Shown: positions 1 to 10,969, counted from the first letter of the stretch. The stretch: DNA of 64,000 nucleotides from an uncultured Desulfatitalea sp. (GCA_963668675.2 CAXXMB010000002.1:2848001-2912000); one strand, 5' to 3'. Notes: generated from the letters alone by a model not told the origin. Program-made: numbers and translations.

Positions 1-1
1 G

Positions 2-547
2 ATTGTTGCGTGGAGTATGAATGAAGCATCCGTTTCAAGAAAATTTGAAATCGGCGCCCCTTCTTTTGACAGGCGTTTAAGAGCTGCAGAAAAAGTGCAA
101 AATGCTGGTTACCCTCTCAGAATAAGACTCGACCCTATAGTACCCTTTGATGGATGGCAGGCGGCTTATACAGAAACGATTAGAAAAATATTTGAAAAAA
201 TCCAACCAGAAAGAATTACTCTGGGCACATTAAGATTTGAACCTGGGTTTTACAAGAATCGCAAGACGATATTCACATCCGGTCAAGAATTGCCGAATAT
301 GTTGGAAGACATGAAACCGATGTTTAAGGAGGCTAAAATGCCCGGCGGTAAAAGCAGTGTCGGCAAATACAGTTTTTCTGAAGAACAGCGAATCGAAATA
401 TTTAAAATTGCCATTGATGAAATCAGGAAGTATTCCGATTGCAAAATTGCCCTTTGCAAAGAGTCGGCTGATGTTTGGGATAGAGTGGGACTTGAGAAGT
501 CCAGATGCAGTTGTGTTTGTCAGTTGGATTATGCTGATATGACTTGA
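2..547 (+). CDS. Spore photoproduct lyase-like radical SAM protein, C-terminal part (5' end outside the window)
   Basis: The frame is open from base 2 (IVAWSMN...). RLRAAEKVQNAGYPLRIRLDPIVP, ITLGTLRF, GKYSF and LCKES resemble the SplB C-terminal half. The CxxxCxxC motif is not in the window. Confidence 0.6.
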   Translation: MVAWSMNEASVSRKFEIGAPSFDRRLRAAEKVQNAGYPLRIRLDPIVPFDGWQAAYTETIRKIFEKIQPERITLGTLRFEPGFYKNRKTIFTSGQELPNMLEDMKPMFKEAKMPGGKSSVGKYSFSEEQRIEIFKIAIDEIRKYSDCKIALCKESADVWDRVGLEKSRCSCVCQLDYADMT

Positions 548-707
548 ATATTGATTATCAAGTTATCAAATGTTTCACCAACCAATACACAGCGTACCCA
601 ATGCCGATGCCAAAGGGCACCATGATTCATGGCCGGCATAGGGGCGTTTCTTTAAATCTCCAAGCATAGATGCCGACTGCCAGGATGCTATTCATTTTAG
701 TCAGTGA

Positions 708-1385
708 CTAATAATTATCAAAAACAAAAGGCATTGCCCAATCAGGAAGGATACCTTTCAGTCTCTCTATCTCGTTCTTTTTATAATCTATTAAGGCATA
801 GCAGGTTTCTTTTACATATGCCAAATCTGACTTGATATCCAAACATGTAGGTCGGACCAAGCATTCCCTGCATGGAACGCTATTATTCATCAGAATTAGT
901 TTGTCGTTTTCATTAATCGCTATCTGATAAGCCTTATCGCAAATATTTTTCCATTCATCCATCGATTTAGTTGCTTTTTTTAAACCGTCGTTCAAAGTCA
1001 GTTTCATTTCGTAGTTATTGCTACCCTCATCGAATTTGAACGAGCATACGTATTTGTATGCACAATCAGAAAAATACCCCTCTTTTTTATATTGGTCGTA
1101 CATCATTTGTGATGCTGGCATAATTCTATACTCACCGGACTTTTCATATAAAGAGATTATTATCAACTCGCAAGCCAAATTGTCCGGAGATAAATTACCT
1201 CTTATCCATTGATGCTGTTTTGTTTGCGTAAGGTTTTCATAGGCTCTAAGTATCAAATATATAACGCCTTCCAATTTGAAAGGATAGCCATCAGAACTAC
1301 AGAACAACAATATTTGATCTTTTCCATTTGGAAGTAAAAAGGATTCATTTTTGTATTCGATCACTATATTCGCAGGTGTTCCCAA
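708..1385 (-). CDS. Hypothetical protein with an MGT...DGYP N-terminus and a C-terminal Cys cluster
   Basis: AT-rich ORF. A TTG start at 1385 after GAGGAAG avoids overlap with the mrr tail. Contains FCSSDGYP and PCRECLVRPTC...C. Confidence 0.55.
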   Translation of the reverse strand: MGTPANIVIEYKNESFLLPNGKDQILLFCSSDGYPFKLEGVIYLILRAYENLTQTKQHQWIRGNLSPDNLACELIIISLYEKSGEYRIMPASQMMYDQYKKEGYFSDCAYKYVCSFKFDEGSNNYEMKLTLNDGLKKATKSMDEWKNICDKAYQIAINENDKLILMNNSVPCRECLVRPTCLDIKSDLAYVKETCYALIDYKKNEIERLKGILPDWAMPFVFDNY

Positions 1386-1416
1386 AGCTTCCTCTTCTTT
1401 CTTATCTGCTATCAAT

Positions 1417-2070
1417 CTACTCAAACTCCTCAAAAAACAGGTAATCCATCTCAAATGTTTTAACCGGTTTTAATCCGAGCTCATACATTTCGAACATCTA
1501 AACAAGTTTTTCGCCATCGACCAATTCAATGGGTGTTACACCATCACGCCGGGCTTCACGTTTGGCATTCTGGGTAAAGGTTCCGGTTGTCGTTATTATC
1601 CCTTTATCCGCCCGTCCCATCATGGCGCCTCTGAAATCCCTAACCACTGGAGCCCCAACTGTTTCTTTAAAGCGTTTGCATTGGAACAACACCTTGAAAC
1701 TTACAAACGGATTGACCTGGAGTAACCCAATTCCATCAATACCACCATCACCTGAACGCCCGGTGACATTAACTTGCTCAAACCCTGATTCCCGAAGCAA
1801 CCTTTGACAAATTCGTTCAAATCCGGCTGGTGATAACGCCTTCAACGTATTTAAGAGCTCTGCCCGATAATCGACATGGTCACTTGAAATATCCTCTTCT
1901 TCATCTGGAATGATCTCGGCATCGTTATCATCGTCGATGACTTTGAGTTTTCTTTTTTCTCTTGCCTCCTGCGACCTGTTCTTTCGCACTTCATATAAAT
2001 CGAGCAAGTCGCTATCTTTGAGATCGGATTTAAGCCCTTTTTCCGTGAGTGACCATGCTCCATGTTTGAA
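1417..2070 (-). pseudogene. mrr: Mrr-family type IV restriction endonuclease, N-truncated, with an in-frame TAG
   Basis: GAWSLTEKG (end of Mrr_N), SPAGFERIC, GRSGDGGIDG, FQCKR, FT...A and ELVDGEKLV. A TAG at 1498-1500 is followed in frame by MFEMYELGLKPVKTFEMDYLFFEEFE* (stop 1417-1419). Confidence 0.85.
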
Positions 2071-2442
2071 GATTTTATCTTCCCTTCGACGGAAAATTAC
2101 CCAACGACAATCGATAGGTTCTGATGGCAGTGAAATTTCAATTATTCAGCAAACTCTAATTAAATATAATCAAGGGCTTATGTATTCCAGTCTCTGGACG
2201 AAACCGAACCATGGGAATGCAGGGCAGTTACAACATTTTAATTATAACATTGTGCCTATAACTGTCGAACACAAGATTCAATCTCCCTCGGTTTTTTGCT
2301 CTCTATTATCACCGATAGCTGTCATTTTTTTTTACAGTGAGTAAACCCCGCCAGCTTATGTCTTTGCCCGTCACACGGCCTGTTTTCACCGTTCAGGAAA
2401 TATCTTGAATTATCATAGACAGTTTCCACCAAAGCCCTTCAT

Positions 2443-2458
2443 TGGCATGGCGGTTGCT
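2443..2458 (+). promoter_or_regulatory. Sigma-54 -24/-12 promoter of the yhiI-rbbA-yhhJ operon
   Basis: TGGCATGGCGGTTGCT, with exact GG-N10-GC spacing, about 80 bp upstream of the start codon. Confidence 0.7.
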
Positions 2459-2539
2459 GTTAAACATATCTATACCAAGGAGAAGTGATTTTCATAAAAA
2501 TCAGCGGGTGATCGCGCATGTTGACAATCATGCGGGAGG

Positions 2540-3538
2540 TTGGATTTGGCCAAGCAACGTTGGATAAAATGGGCGATCCTTGCGGTCCTATTGATAGCTG
2601 CAACTGGTGCGATTTTACGTTTCAGCCGCCGCAACGATCAAGTTCCAGAAGGAATCGCTTCAGGCAATGGCAGAATCGAAGCCACTGAGGTGGATATCGC
2701 CACAAAGCTCGCGGGCCGGCTTGCCGAGGTGATGGTTCGCGAAGGCGATATGGTCCAAGCTGGAGAAATAGTAGCGCGTATGGATACCTATGAATTAATG
2801 GCTCAAATGCGCAACGCGCAGGCCGAGATCCGGCGGGCCGAACAGGAGCGGCGCTATGCAGCAGCCGTGATTGATCAGTTCAGAAGCGAACTCTCCTTGG
2901 CGCAGAAGGAACTTGACCGGTCCCAGCAATTGTTCGAAGTCAAATGCATCACCCTGCAGAGCCTTCAGCGTCAGGAAACAGCAACACAGTCCGCCCAGGC
3001 AGCCCTGGTGGCAGCCAAGGCTCGATTGGCCAATACGATTGCGGCGATCGATGCCGCTAAGGCCAGAGCCGACGAGATTCAGACCTATGTGGACGACAGC
3101 AGTCTAAAAACCCCTCTCGGCGGCCGCATCATTTACAGATTGGCCGAACCTGGAGAAGTGCTTTCCCCAGGGGGAAAAATTCTTTCGGTACTAGACGTGA
3201 CCGATGTTTACATGACCATCTTTTTGCCGACCCGTGAGGCAGGGTGTGTCTTCGTGGGTTGTGATGCGCGGATCGTTCTTGACGCATTACCCGATAACTC
3301 TATCCCGGCCAAAGTCTCCTTTGTCGCCGCTAAGGCACAATTTACGCCCAAGGAGGTGGAGACTCGCACGGAGCGTGAAAAACTTATGTTCCGCATCAAG
3401 GTCAAAATTGATGCCGATCTTTTACGTGCTCACGCAGAAAAGGTTAAAACAGGTCTCCCCGGGGTGGCATATGTGCGATTGGACCCGGATGTACAGTGGC
3501 CACCTCATTTGCAGAATTCACTGGGCAAGGTACAATAG
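2540..3538 (+). CDS. yhiI: HlyD-family periplasmic adaptor (YhiI-like)
   Basis: N-terminal TM segment, SGNGRIEATEVDIATKLAGR, coiled coil, AQFTPKEVET and KTGLPGVAYV. GGGAGG RBS before the TTG start. Lies directly upstream of rbbA. Confidence 0.88.
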   Translation: MDLAKQRWIKWAILAVLLIAATGAILRFSRRNDQVPEGIASGNGRIEATEVDIATKLAGRLAEVMVREGDMVQAGEIVARMDTYELMAQMRNAQAEIRRAEQERRYAAAVIDQFRSELSLAQKELDRSQQLFEVKCITLQSLQRQETATQSAQAALVAAKARLANTIAAIDAAKARADEIQTYVDDSSLKTPLGGRIIYRLAEPGEVLSPGGKILSVLDVTDVYMTIFLPTREAGCVFVGCDARIVLDALPDNSIPAKVSFVAAKAQFTPKEVETRTEREKLMFRIKVKIDADLLRAHAEKVKTGLPGVAYVRLDPDVQWPPHLQNSLGKVQ

Positions 3539-6274
3539 ATGACGAATTATGTCGCGCGCATCGCGGGTTTGACCCATCGATACGATGATGTAGTGGCCCT
3601 GGATAACGTGAATTTAGAGATTCCGACAGGTTGCATGATAGGATTCATCGGCCCTGACGGAGTGGGCAAATCCACTCTGTTGGGTCTAATTGCCGGGGCG
3701 CGAGCTATCCAGGTCGGATCCCTATGTTTACTGGGCGGGGATATGCGCTCAAGGCGCCATCGGACGTTTGTTAATCCGCAGATTGCCTATATGCCCCAGG
3801 GATTGGGGAAAAATCTTTATGCTACCTTGTCGGTATTTGAGAATGTGGACTTTTTTGGCCGTCTCTTCGGATTGGAAAAAAGCGAGCGCCGTCTGCGCAT
3901 TAAAGAGCTGTTGAAGAGCACCGGAATGGACCATTTTGCCGATCGCCCAGCAGGTAAGCTTTCCGGCGGCATGAAACAAAAACTCGGCTTGTGTTGCGCC
4001 CTGATTCACAATCCCGACCTGCTGATCCTGGACGAACCCACCACCGGGGTGGATCCTCTTTCCCGCAGGCAATTCTGGGAACTTATCGAGCGTATTCGAT
4101 TGCGCAGAGCGGGTATGAGTGTTCTGGTGGCTACAGCTTACATGGAAGAAGCCGAACGGTTTGACTGGCTGGTGGCTATGAACGCCGGAAGCGTATTGGC
4201 AACGGGCCACTGCGATAGACTCAAAGCACATACCAGACAGACCTCGCTGGAAGCGGCATTTATCAGTCTGCTTCCGGAAGATCAACGCAAAGGGCACGGG
4301 TTCCCTGTCATCCCTCCCCGCCGGCAAGGCGAAGGGATGTGTGCCATTGATGCTCGGGGCCTGACCAAACGGTTTGATGATTTTACCGCAGTGGATAGGG
4401 TCAGCTTCCGTATAGAGCAGGGTGAAATCTTCGGCTTTTTGGGTTCCAACGGTTGCGGCAAAACCACCACGATGAAGATGTTGACTGGTCTTTTGCCACC
4501 TTCCGAAGGATATGCCGGCCTGTTCGGGGAAGCGTTGGACGCCAACGATCTGGCGACGCGCCGGCGGGTGGGTTACATGTCCCAGGGATTTTCTCTTTAT
4601 TCGGAGCTTTCCGTGAGACAAAATTTAGATCTTCATGCCCGGTTGTTTCATGTCGCGCCGGCCAAGACTCCCAAACGGGTTATGGAGTTGATGCAACGAT
4701 TCGGTCTTGCATCTTATGGAGATATGCCGGCGGCCGATTTGCCGCTGGGTATCAGGCAACGCCTCTCGCTGGCAGTGGCCCTGGTGCATAATCCAGAGAT
4801 ACTGATTCTGGATGAGCCCACCTCTGGTGTGGATCCAGTGGCTAGAGATCAGTTCTGGGAGTTGCTGGTAGATCTTTCCCGCAACGATGGCGTTACCATT
4901 TTTATCTCCACCCATTTCATGAATGAGGCCGAGCGCTGCGACCGTATTTCGCTGATGCACGCGGGGCGAGTGATGGCAGACGGAACCCCAGAGGATCTGA
5001 AACGCAGGCGCGGCGCATCGAGCCTTGAGGAAGCCTTTATCGGCTATCTGGAGTCCGCCATGAGCGTTTCAGCTCAGGCACAGGATACCCAGGAACAGAC
5101 AGCATTTGATTCCATGCCGCCCAGCAATGTCCACGGTGTTCCCAGGATGTTCAGCCTGCTACGGTTTCTGGGTTACGCCCACCGAGAGGCCATGGAAATC
5201 CGCCGCGACCCAATCCGTTTGACTGTCGCAGCTTTGGGTTCGGTTCTTTTGATGTTCATTCTGGGATACGGCATCACCATGGACGTGGAGGATCTCTCCT
5301 TTGCCGTGCTAGACCAGGACGGAACACCTCAAAGTATCGATTATGCTTTGAATATCTGCGGATCCCGCTACTTTATAGAGCAACATCAGTTGGTTGATTT
5401 CGCAGATATGGAACGGCGCATGCGCAACGGTGAATTGAGCTTGGCTGTTGCCATACCACCTGATTTCGGGCGCGATCTTAAAAGAGGTCGCCAACCGGAA
5501 GTGGGTGTTTGGGTGGACGGCGCCATGCCTTTTCGGGCCGAAACTATAAAAGGGTATATACAGGGGCTTCACGCCCAATACGTTGCCGACCGACTCCACG
5601 ACAATCAAGGATGGACTCCCCAGGCGGCTCCGGCCAATCTGCAGATGCGGTATCGCTATAATCAGGATTTCAAGAGTATTTATGCTATGGTACCGGCCGT
5701 GATTCCTCTTCTGTTGGTGTTTATCCCGGCCATTCTGATGGCCCTGGGAGTAGTCCGGGAAAAGGAGTTGGGTTCTATCATCAACCTCTATGTAACTCCG
5801 GTTACGCGCCTGGAGTTCCTGTTAGGCAAACAGCTTCCCTATATCGGCATCGGGCTGATCAGTTTTTTAGGGTTGTCGGCCTTGGCCGTGGTGGTTTTCC
5901 AGGTACCGGTGAAGGGCAGCTTCATAGCGCTGACTGCTGGAGCCCTGCTTTACGTCACTGCCACCACTGGGATCGGTCTGCTGATGTCCGCGTTTACCCA
6001 TACGCAAATTGCGGCGCTTGCCGGCACTGCTATCGTAACTTTGCTGGCTGCCGTCAATTTTTGCGGCATTACCCATCCGGTCTCTTCCCTTGAAGGGATT
6101 GGTGCTTTTATCGGTAAGATATTTCCCACCACTTATTTTCTGATCATCAGTCGCGGTATTTTTACCAAGGCCTTGGGGTTTGCTGAGCTCTATCCTAGCT
6201 TTATCGCCCTTTCGGCTTTCATCCCTGTCTTGACGGTGTTGAGCACCCTGGCATTGCGAAAACAGGGAAGGTAG
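3539..6274 (+). CDS. rbbA: Ribosome-associated ATPase / ABC exporter RbbA (two ABC domains plus ABC-2 permease)
   Basis: [26 protein letters not shown], a second Walker [17 protein letters not shown], and a C-terminal multi-TM domain. 911 aa. Confidence 0.93.
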   Translation: MTNYVARIAGLTHRYDDVVALDNVNLEIPTGCMIGFIGPDGVGKSTLLGLIAGARAIQVGSLCLLGGDMRSRRHRTFVNPQIAYMPQGLGKNLYATLSVFENVDFFGRLFGLEKSERRLRIKELLKSTGMDHFADRPAGKLSGGMKQKLGLCCALIHNPDLLILDEPTTGVDPLSRRQFWELIERIRLRRAGMSVLVATAYMEEAERFDWLVAMNAGSVLATGHCDRLKAHTRQTSLEAAFISLLPEDQRKGHGFPVIPPRRQGEGMCAIDARGLTKRFDDFTAVDRVSFRIEQGEIFGFLGSNGCGKTTTMKMLTGLLPPSEGYAGLFGEALDANDLATRRRVGYMSQGFSLYSELSVRQNLDLHARLFHVAPAKTPKRVMELMQRFGLASYGDMPAADLPLGIRQRLSLAVALVHNPEILILDEPTSGVDPVARDQFWELLVDLSRNDGVTIFISTHFMNEAERCDRISLMHAGRVMADGTPEDLKRRRGASSLEEAFIGYLESAMSVSAQAQDTQEQTAFDSMPPSNVHGVPRMFSLLRFLGYAHREAMEIRRDPIRLTVAALGSVLLMFILGYGITMDVEDLSFAVLDQDGTPQSIDYALNICGSRYFIEQHQLVDFADMERRMRNGELSLAVAIPPDFGRDLKRGRQPEVGVWVDGAMPFRAETIKGYIQGLHAQYVADRLHDNQGWTPQAAPANLQMRYRYNQDFKSIYAMVPAVIPLLLVFIPAILMALGVVREKELGSIINLYVTPVTRLEFLLGKQLPYIGIGLISFLGLSALAVVVFQVPVKGSFIALTAGALLYVTATTGIGLLMSAFTHTQIAALAGTAIVTLLAAVNFCGITHPVSSLEGIGAFIGKIFPTTYFLIISRGIFTKALGFAELYPSFIALSAFIPVLTVLSTLALRKQGR

Positions 6275-6276
6275 CT

Positions 6277-7404
6277 ATGCCCGGAATTAAAAATATTTTC
6301 CATTTGGGTGCCAAGGAACTTCTCAGCCTGTGGCATGACAAGGTTCTTTTCTTATTTGTAATATGGGTGTTTTCAGGAGGCATATACACCGCTGCTACCG
6401 CCACTTCCCAGGAACTGCACAATGCGCCCCTGGCCATTGTGGATGAAGACCGCTCTCAACTTTCGGGCCGAATCATCGATAGTTTTTACGGGCCTTATTT
6501 CAAAACGCCCGAACGAATCGAACAGACGCAAGTAGATCCCGGTCTCGACAGTGGCCTATATACCTTTGTGATGGTTATTCCTTCTGGATTTGAAAAGGAT
6601 GTGATTGAAGGTCGTCAGCCTGAAATTCAGGTTAACATCGACGCCACCCGTATGAGCCAGGCGTTTATCGGTGCCGGATACATCAACAGCATCACCCTTA
6701 TCGCCATTGGCGAATTCCTTAAAGGCTACCGCGGAGATGTTGTCTCCGCCATCAAACAGCAGATCTGCGTCAAATTCAATCCTAATTTGACCAGCTACTG
6801 GTTCGGCAGCGTCATGGAGATTATCAACAACATTACCATGCTGTCCATTATTTTAACCGGGGCGGCGCTGATTCGAGAACGGGAGCACGGCACCATCGAG
6901 CACTTGTTAGTTATGCCTTTGACCCCTTTTGAAATTATGGCGGCCAAGGTATGGTCCAGTGGTTTGGTTGTGCTTGTTGGAGCAGGTTTGTCTTTGTGGC
7001 TAATGGTGCAAAAGGTGCTGGGCGTTCCCATTGCCGGGTCTGTTGTGCTTTTTCTGGTCGGAACCGCTTTGCACTTATTTTCCACAACATCCATTGGTAT
7101 CTTCCTGGGTACGCTGGCACGCTCCATGCCTCAATTGGGATTGCTGATGATCCTGGTTTTGCTACCGCTTCAAATACTGTCCGGCGGTATCACTCCACGG
7201 GAGAGCATGCCCCAAATCGTGCAGATGGTGATGCAGTTCGCTCCCACCACCCACTTTGTGGCCTTTGCTCAGGCAATTCTCTATCGGGGAGCCGGTCTGG
7301 AAGCAGTATGGGCGAACCTGATCGCCATCATCGCCATTGGGTCTATCTTTTTTATCATCGCCTTGCTCCGCTTCCGCAAAAGCATCACCCTGACCCAAGT
7401 CTGA
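6277..7404 (+). CDS. yhhJ: ABC-2 type permease (YhhJ-like)
   Basis: REREHGTIEHLLVMP, SGGITPRESMP and multiple TM segments. Follows rbbA. Confidence 0.9.
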   Translation: MPGIKNIFHLGAKELLSLWHDKVLFLFVIWVFSGGIYTAATATSQELHNAPLAIVDEDRSQLSGRIIDSFYGPYFKTPERIEQTQVDPGLDSGLYTFVMVIPSGFEKDVIEGRQPEIQVNIDATRMSQAFIGAGYINSITLIAIGEFLKGYRGDVVSAIKQQICVKFNPNLTSYWFGSVMEIINNITMLSIILTGAALIREREHGTIEHLLVMPLTPFEIMAAKVWSSGLVVLVGAGLSLWLMVQKVLGVPIAGSVVLFLVGTALHLFSTTSIGIFLGTLARSMPQLGLLMILVLLPLQILSGGITPRESMPQIVQMVMQFAPTTHFVAFAQAILYRGAGLEAVWANLIAIIAIGSIFFIIALLRFRKSITLTQV

Positions 7405-7448
7405 TTTGAGGCCCAGGTGGTCGTCAATAGGAAAAACGGAGCTGCCCT

Positions 7449-9005
7449 TCAGGCCGCAATTGGGTCTAATTGTTCCCGCTTGGGGTCTGCTTTCGAATCC
7501 GTTTGAAAATGGTTAACAGTGATTGTGTACAGGTCCATCATCTGCTGTGCTGCCTGTTCCGGATCAATTTGCATGTGGGCTTTCATCATAATTCTCTGCA
7601 CTTGCTCAGATCGGAACTCGCGTGACTGATTGTAAAAGGCCATGGCTTGGTCTACAGCCCAAATTAGACCCTCACGGTTTAAATGTTTAAAAAGAAATCC
7701 TGTGCCAGTCTGGCCAGCCATATCCAGATCCTCAACACAGTCGTGAATTGCACAAGTGTCATGGGCTATTGAGAGAGTACCATAACGTTGACCGATTTTA
7801 CAGGGAAGTGCGCATGGATCCAATTGCATCGGCATAAGGACAAACTCTGCCCCAGCATATGCAAGCCGGTAAAGTTGAGAATCGAAATCGCACACAGCTG
7901 CACGATCCGAAGCGTGAAGATAATCTATCGTCGTTCGTACGTGTTCTTGATAGTCTCCATCTGCAACAAAAACCAATTGTAGGCGCTGTTCACGATATCG
8001 TTCCAGAACCTCCGGTAAGACTTCTACCATGAGTCGGCACCCGAGACGCGAGCTATCCAATCGGGTAGGCCAAAAACATAAAGGTGCCGCTGAATCTATT
8101 CGCAAATTAAGGAGAGCCTGGAGGTGTAGTTTATTGAAAAGCTTTTCAGTAAAATGATTGTTTGGACCATAGCGCCTTATCAAAGCACGGTCAATATTTG
8201 GATTAAAAGACGGATCCGGTATTGGGGGCATGATGCAAAGGTTACCTGATTGCAATTTGTCTTTCAAAACGGCCTTGAGCCAAACGTCTGCATGATTGTT
8301 GCTGTCATCGATCAACGTATTGAGATAGCTATGGCTGAACACGTTGGCCACTTTAGCAGAAAACAGACCACTCGTTAAAAGATCGACTGGATTGCTGTTC
8401 CTGGTTTCCTGATAATTCATTGGCATCCGGCAATAGAAACAATGGTTCCAGAATACGGCAGGATCAATGCCGCGATCCTCGATGGTGGATAACAGCAGTT
8501 TTGGAGAATTTAAACGATACATAGTAAAAAGGCATGGAATTCCGTATTGTCGAGCCATTGCAGGGATAAGACCCGTCATCCAGCCATAGCAATGGATCAG
8601 GTCCGGTTGCACTTCGGGAATGATAAGGTTGATCACTTCGCGTTGAAAAGACAGGGCAATCCTGACATTTTCCTGATCAGCCGTCACAAACAACTTTGGG
8701 TGATAGTAAAAAGACCTATCCTGAGCCAAATGGATTCGGTTTTCGGGAAATTCACTTAGACGGCTATGAATGTCAATCCCCGAAACGCAAGGGTTGGTTG
8801 CCTTGAACACATTCCGATAGTTGGGGATTGCTAAGTGTACGTTGGCTCCGTGCTCCCAGAGCGCATGGATTTGGGTGGAACAGATGTCACCGAGACCGCC
8901 GGCACGAGCGGAAATTGTCTGAGAACCGGGGCCCATACCACAGGGTACACGTGTCATTTCCGGAGAGACTATTAAAATTCGGAGATTATTTTTTATGGCA
9001 TTCAT
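7449..9005 (-). CDS. Glycogen/starch synthase-like GT5 protein with degenerate catalytic motifs
   Basis: RILIVSPE, RAGGLGD, PDLIHC, FWPTRL, YAGAEFVLMP, GQRYGT and GTGFLF follow the GlgA motif order. Confidence 0.8.
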   Translation of the reverse strand: MNAIKNNLRILIVSPEMTRVPCGMGPGSQTISARAGGLGDICSTQIHALWEHGANVHLAIPNYRNVFKATNPCVSGIDIHSRLSEFPENRIHLAQDRSFYYHPKLFVTADQENVRIALSFQREVINLIIPEVQPDLIHCYGWMTGLIPAMARQYGIPCLFTMYRLNSPKLLLSTIEDRGIDPAVFWNHCFYCRMPMNYQETRNSNPVDLLTSGLFSAKVANVFSHSYLNTLIDDSNNHADVWLKAVLKDKLQSGNLCIMPPIPDPSFNPNIDRALIRRYGPNNHFTEKLFNKLHLQALLNLRIDSAAPLCFWPTRLDSSRLGCRLMVEVLPEVLERYREQRLQLVFVADGDYQEHVRTTIDYLHASDRAAVCDFDSQLYRLAYAGAEFVLMPMQLDPCALPCKIGQRYGTLSIAHDTCAIHDCVEDLDMAGQTGTGFLFKHLNREGLIWAVDQAMAFYNQSREFRSEQVQRIMMKAHMQIDPEQAAQQMMDLYTITVNHFQTDSKADPKREQLDPIAA

Positions 9006-9141
9006 GATTTTACTTTGACCTTTAAAAACTATCGGTTAGTTCGCACAACTATTTGATAACCACCCATCGCCATCGATTGTGAATGAAAAATCTCTAATTT
9101 TGATTTAGCCGTCTTATGCTTCTCGGTATTTTGTTTTTGGA

Positions 9142-9157
9142 CGCAAATGATGTGCCA
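9142..9157 (-). promoter_or_regulatory. Sigma-54 -24/-12 promoter of the glycogen-synthase-like gene
   Basis: The minus strand reads TGGCACATCATTTGCG (GG-N10-GC), about 140 bp upstream of the ATG. Confidence 0.72.
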
Positions 9158-9414
9158 ATAACATGAGGGGTTTTTATAGGCACTGTGGTTTTTTCCAACA
9201 TATAAGATGGTTTTCAGTCTTATCAAATAGCAAAAAAACTTGACACTTTTTGTGCCGGTATTCTCTCTAAATTAGGATAGGGTTTACTTTAAGATTGGCA
9301 GGTTCAATCTTTATTCGTAAGCTATTTTTTTACACACTCTGTGCTATCAGGAAAAAGTCGGCACTGTTTCAAGAGGCGCTCCGATGTTGACGACCGTCCT
9401 TTTTTGAAATCAGG

Positions 9415-10941
9415 CTATATATTTAGCTTGCGCATTTTACCCCTCAAGGTACTAGGGTGAAGCTGCAGCAATTCGGCCGCACCGCCAGTTCCGATGATTT
9501 TACCATTGCTTTTTTCAAGCGCTTTCAGAATAATTTTGGTAACGGCATCGTCGAACGGCAGAATTTCCTCATTTTCAAGATTCTTTTGATTGGAGACTGA
9601 AGAAATTGAACCAACTGGGGTCAGATCCAGACATAACTCCTTTGACGAGTAGGACTGAGCCCTTATCAAAGACCGTTCTACCAGGTTCTGCAGTTCACGC
9701 ACATTTCCTGGCCAGTGATAATTCTTCATCTTCTCCAAAGTACCAGCCGGTACATAAACCTCCTTGGCGATTTTCATCTCTCTGCATTTTCTATGGATGA
9801 GATGATCCAACAGGGGCGACATATCCTGAGGACGCTGGCGCAGCGGTGGAATCATAATGGGAAAGACATTGAGTCGAAACCATAGATCCTGTCGAAACAT
9901 ACCACGGCCGACCATCTCTTCTAGATTGCGGTGAGTGGCGCTGATAATACGCACATCGACTGGAATCGTCGACGTACCGCCCACGCGCTCGATTTCCTTG
10001 TACTGTAAAACCCGCAGTAGTTTGACCTGGGCCTCGTGGGGCAGTTCGCCGATCTCGTCTAGGAAGATGGTTCCTCCGTGGGCCCTCTCGAAACGGCCCC
10101 TCTTTTGCGAAATGGCCCCGGTGAAGGCGCCTTTCTCGTGACCGAACAGCTCACTGTCGAGCAGGCTCTTTGTCAAGCCGCCGCAGTTGACCTTCACAAA
10201 AGCTCCCTCCCTGCGTGGAGACGCAGAGTGTAAGGCATTGGCCAACAGTTCCTTGCCTGTGCCTGTTTCCCCCAGCAGGAGCACCGGGCTCTCTAAGGGC
10301 GCCACCTGGCGAATCATTTCCATCACCCCCTTGAGGCCGAAGTCTGCCCCGATGATGGTATCACCCGAAATGTGACGCAGCTCTTCATTCAGGTAGCGGT
10401 TGTCGTCTTCGAGCATCTCCTTCAGGCGCAGCGCCTCCTGATGCTGTAGCGCATTGGCCAGAGCGATGGAGAAGGGTTCGTTGAGCTGGCTCATCAATTG
10501 GGCATGCGCCTCATGGTAGCGATGACGCCCTTCGGCAGCTATGACCAGCTTTCCAATGCGTTGTTTTTCAAGCTCCAGATCCGTATGGAGAATGGAGACA
10601 TCGGCAGGCCAGATCATCTGCACTAGATTCTTCACTTCGGGGGCAATCTCCCCTATATCGTTGACCACCCCGAACTTGGCTTCGGAACGCCAATCGTTCA
10701 TCAGTTGATCGATGGCACCGTCCGGCACAGTGATGACTGCAGGTACCTTGGGCCAGTTATCCGGTGCAATATGGACCAGATTACGCATTAAATTCAAATC
10801 AGGATCATACAAACCGATATGCAGGCCATCGGCCGGAAGGACGCTGTTGAAATATTTAAGTGTCCGGGATAAAGCCCGCCGCAAATTCAAGCTACTGCAT
10901 ATCCTCAAGGTGGCTTCCCAGAAAAATATATTTTGATCCAT
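9415..10941 (-). CDS. Sigma-54-dependent enhancer-binding protein (GAF-AAA+-HTH, FhlA/NifA-like)
   Basis: GETGTGKE, ELFGHEKGAFTGA, FLDEIGE, WPGNVRELQN and C-terminal GAAELLQLHPSTLRGKMRKL. Confidence 0.93.
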   Translation of the reverse strand: MDQNIFFWEATLRICSSLNLRRALSRTLKYFNSVLPADGLHIGLYDPDLNLMRNLVHIAPDNWPKVPAVITVPDGAIDQLMNDWRSEAKFGVVNDIGEIAPEVKNLVQMIWPADVSILHTDLELEKQRIGKLVIAAEGRHRYHEAHAQLMSQLNEPFSIALANALQHQEALRLKEMLEDDNRYLNEELRHISGDTIIGADFGLKGVMEMIRQVAPLESPVLLLGETGTGKELLANALHSASPRREGAFVKVNCGGLTKSLLDSELFGHEKGAFTGAISQKRGRFERAHGGTIFLDEIGELPHEAQVKLLRVLQYKEIERVGGTSTIPVDVRIISATHRNLEEMVGRGMFRQDLWFRLNVFPIMIPPLRQRPQDMSPLLDHLIHRKCREMKIAKEVYVPAGTLEKMKNYHWPGNVRELQNLVERSLIRAQSYSSKELCLDLTPVGSISSVSNQKNLENEEILPFDDAVTKIILKALEKSNGKIIGTGGAAELLQLHPSTLRGKMRKLNI

Positions 10942-10969
10942 AGGCGCATGACTCCTTAAAAAGTGAAAC

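Noticed and set aside
3749..4621. Long antisense ORFs within rbbA (also 60225-61181 and 58863-59534 in icmF, and 35431-36024 in tnpC)
   Set aside because: These are shadow frames of GC-rich genes with no independent motifs or RBS.
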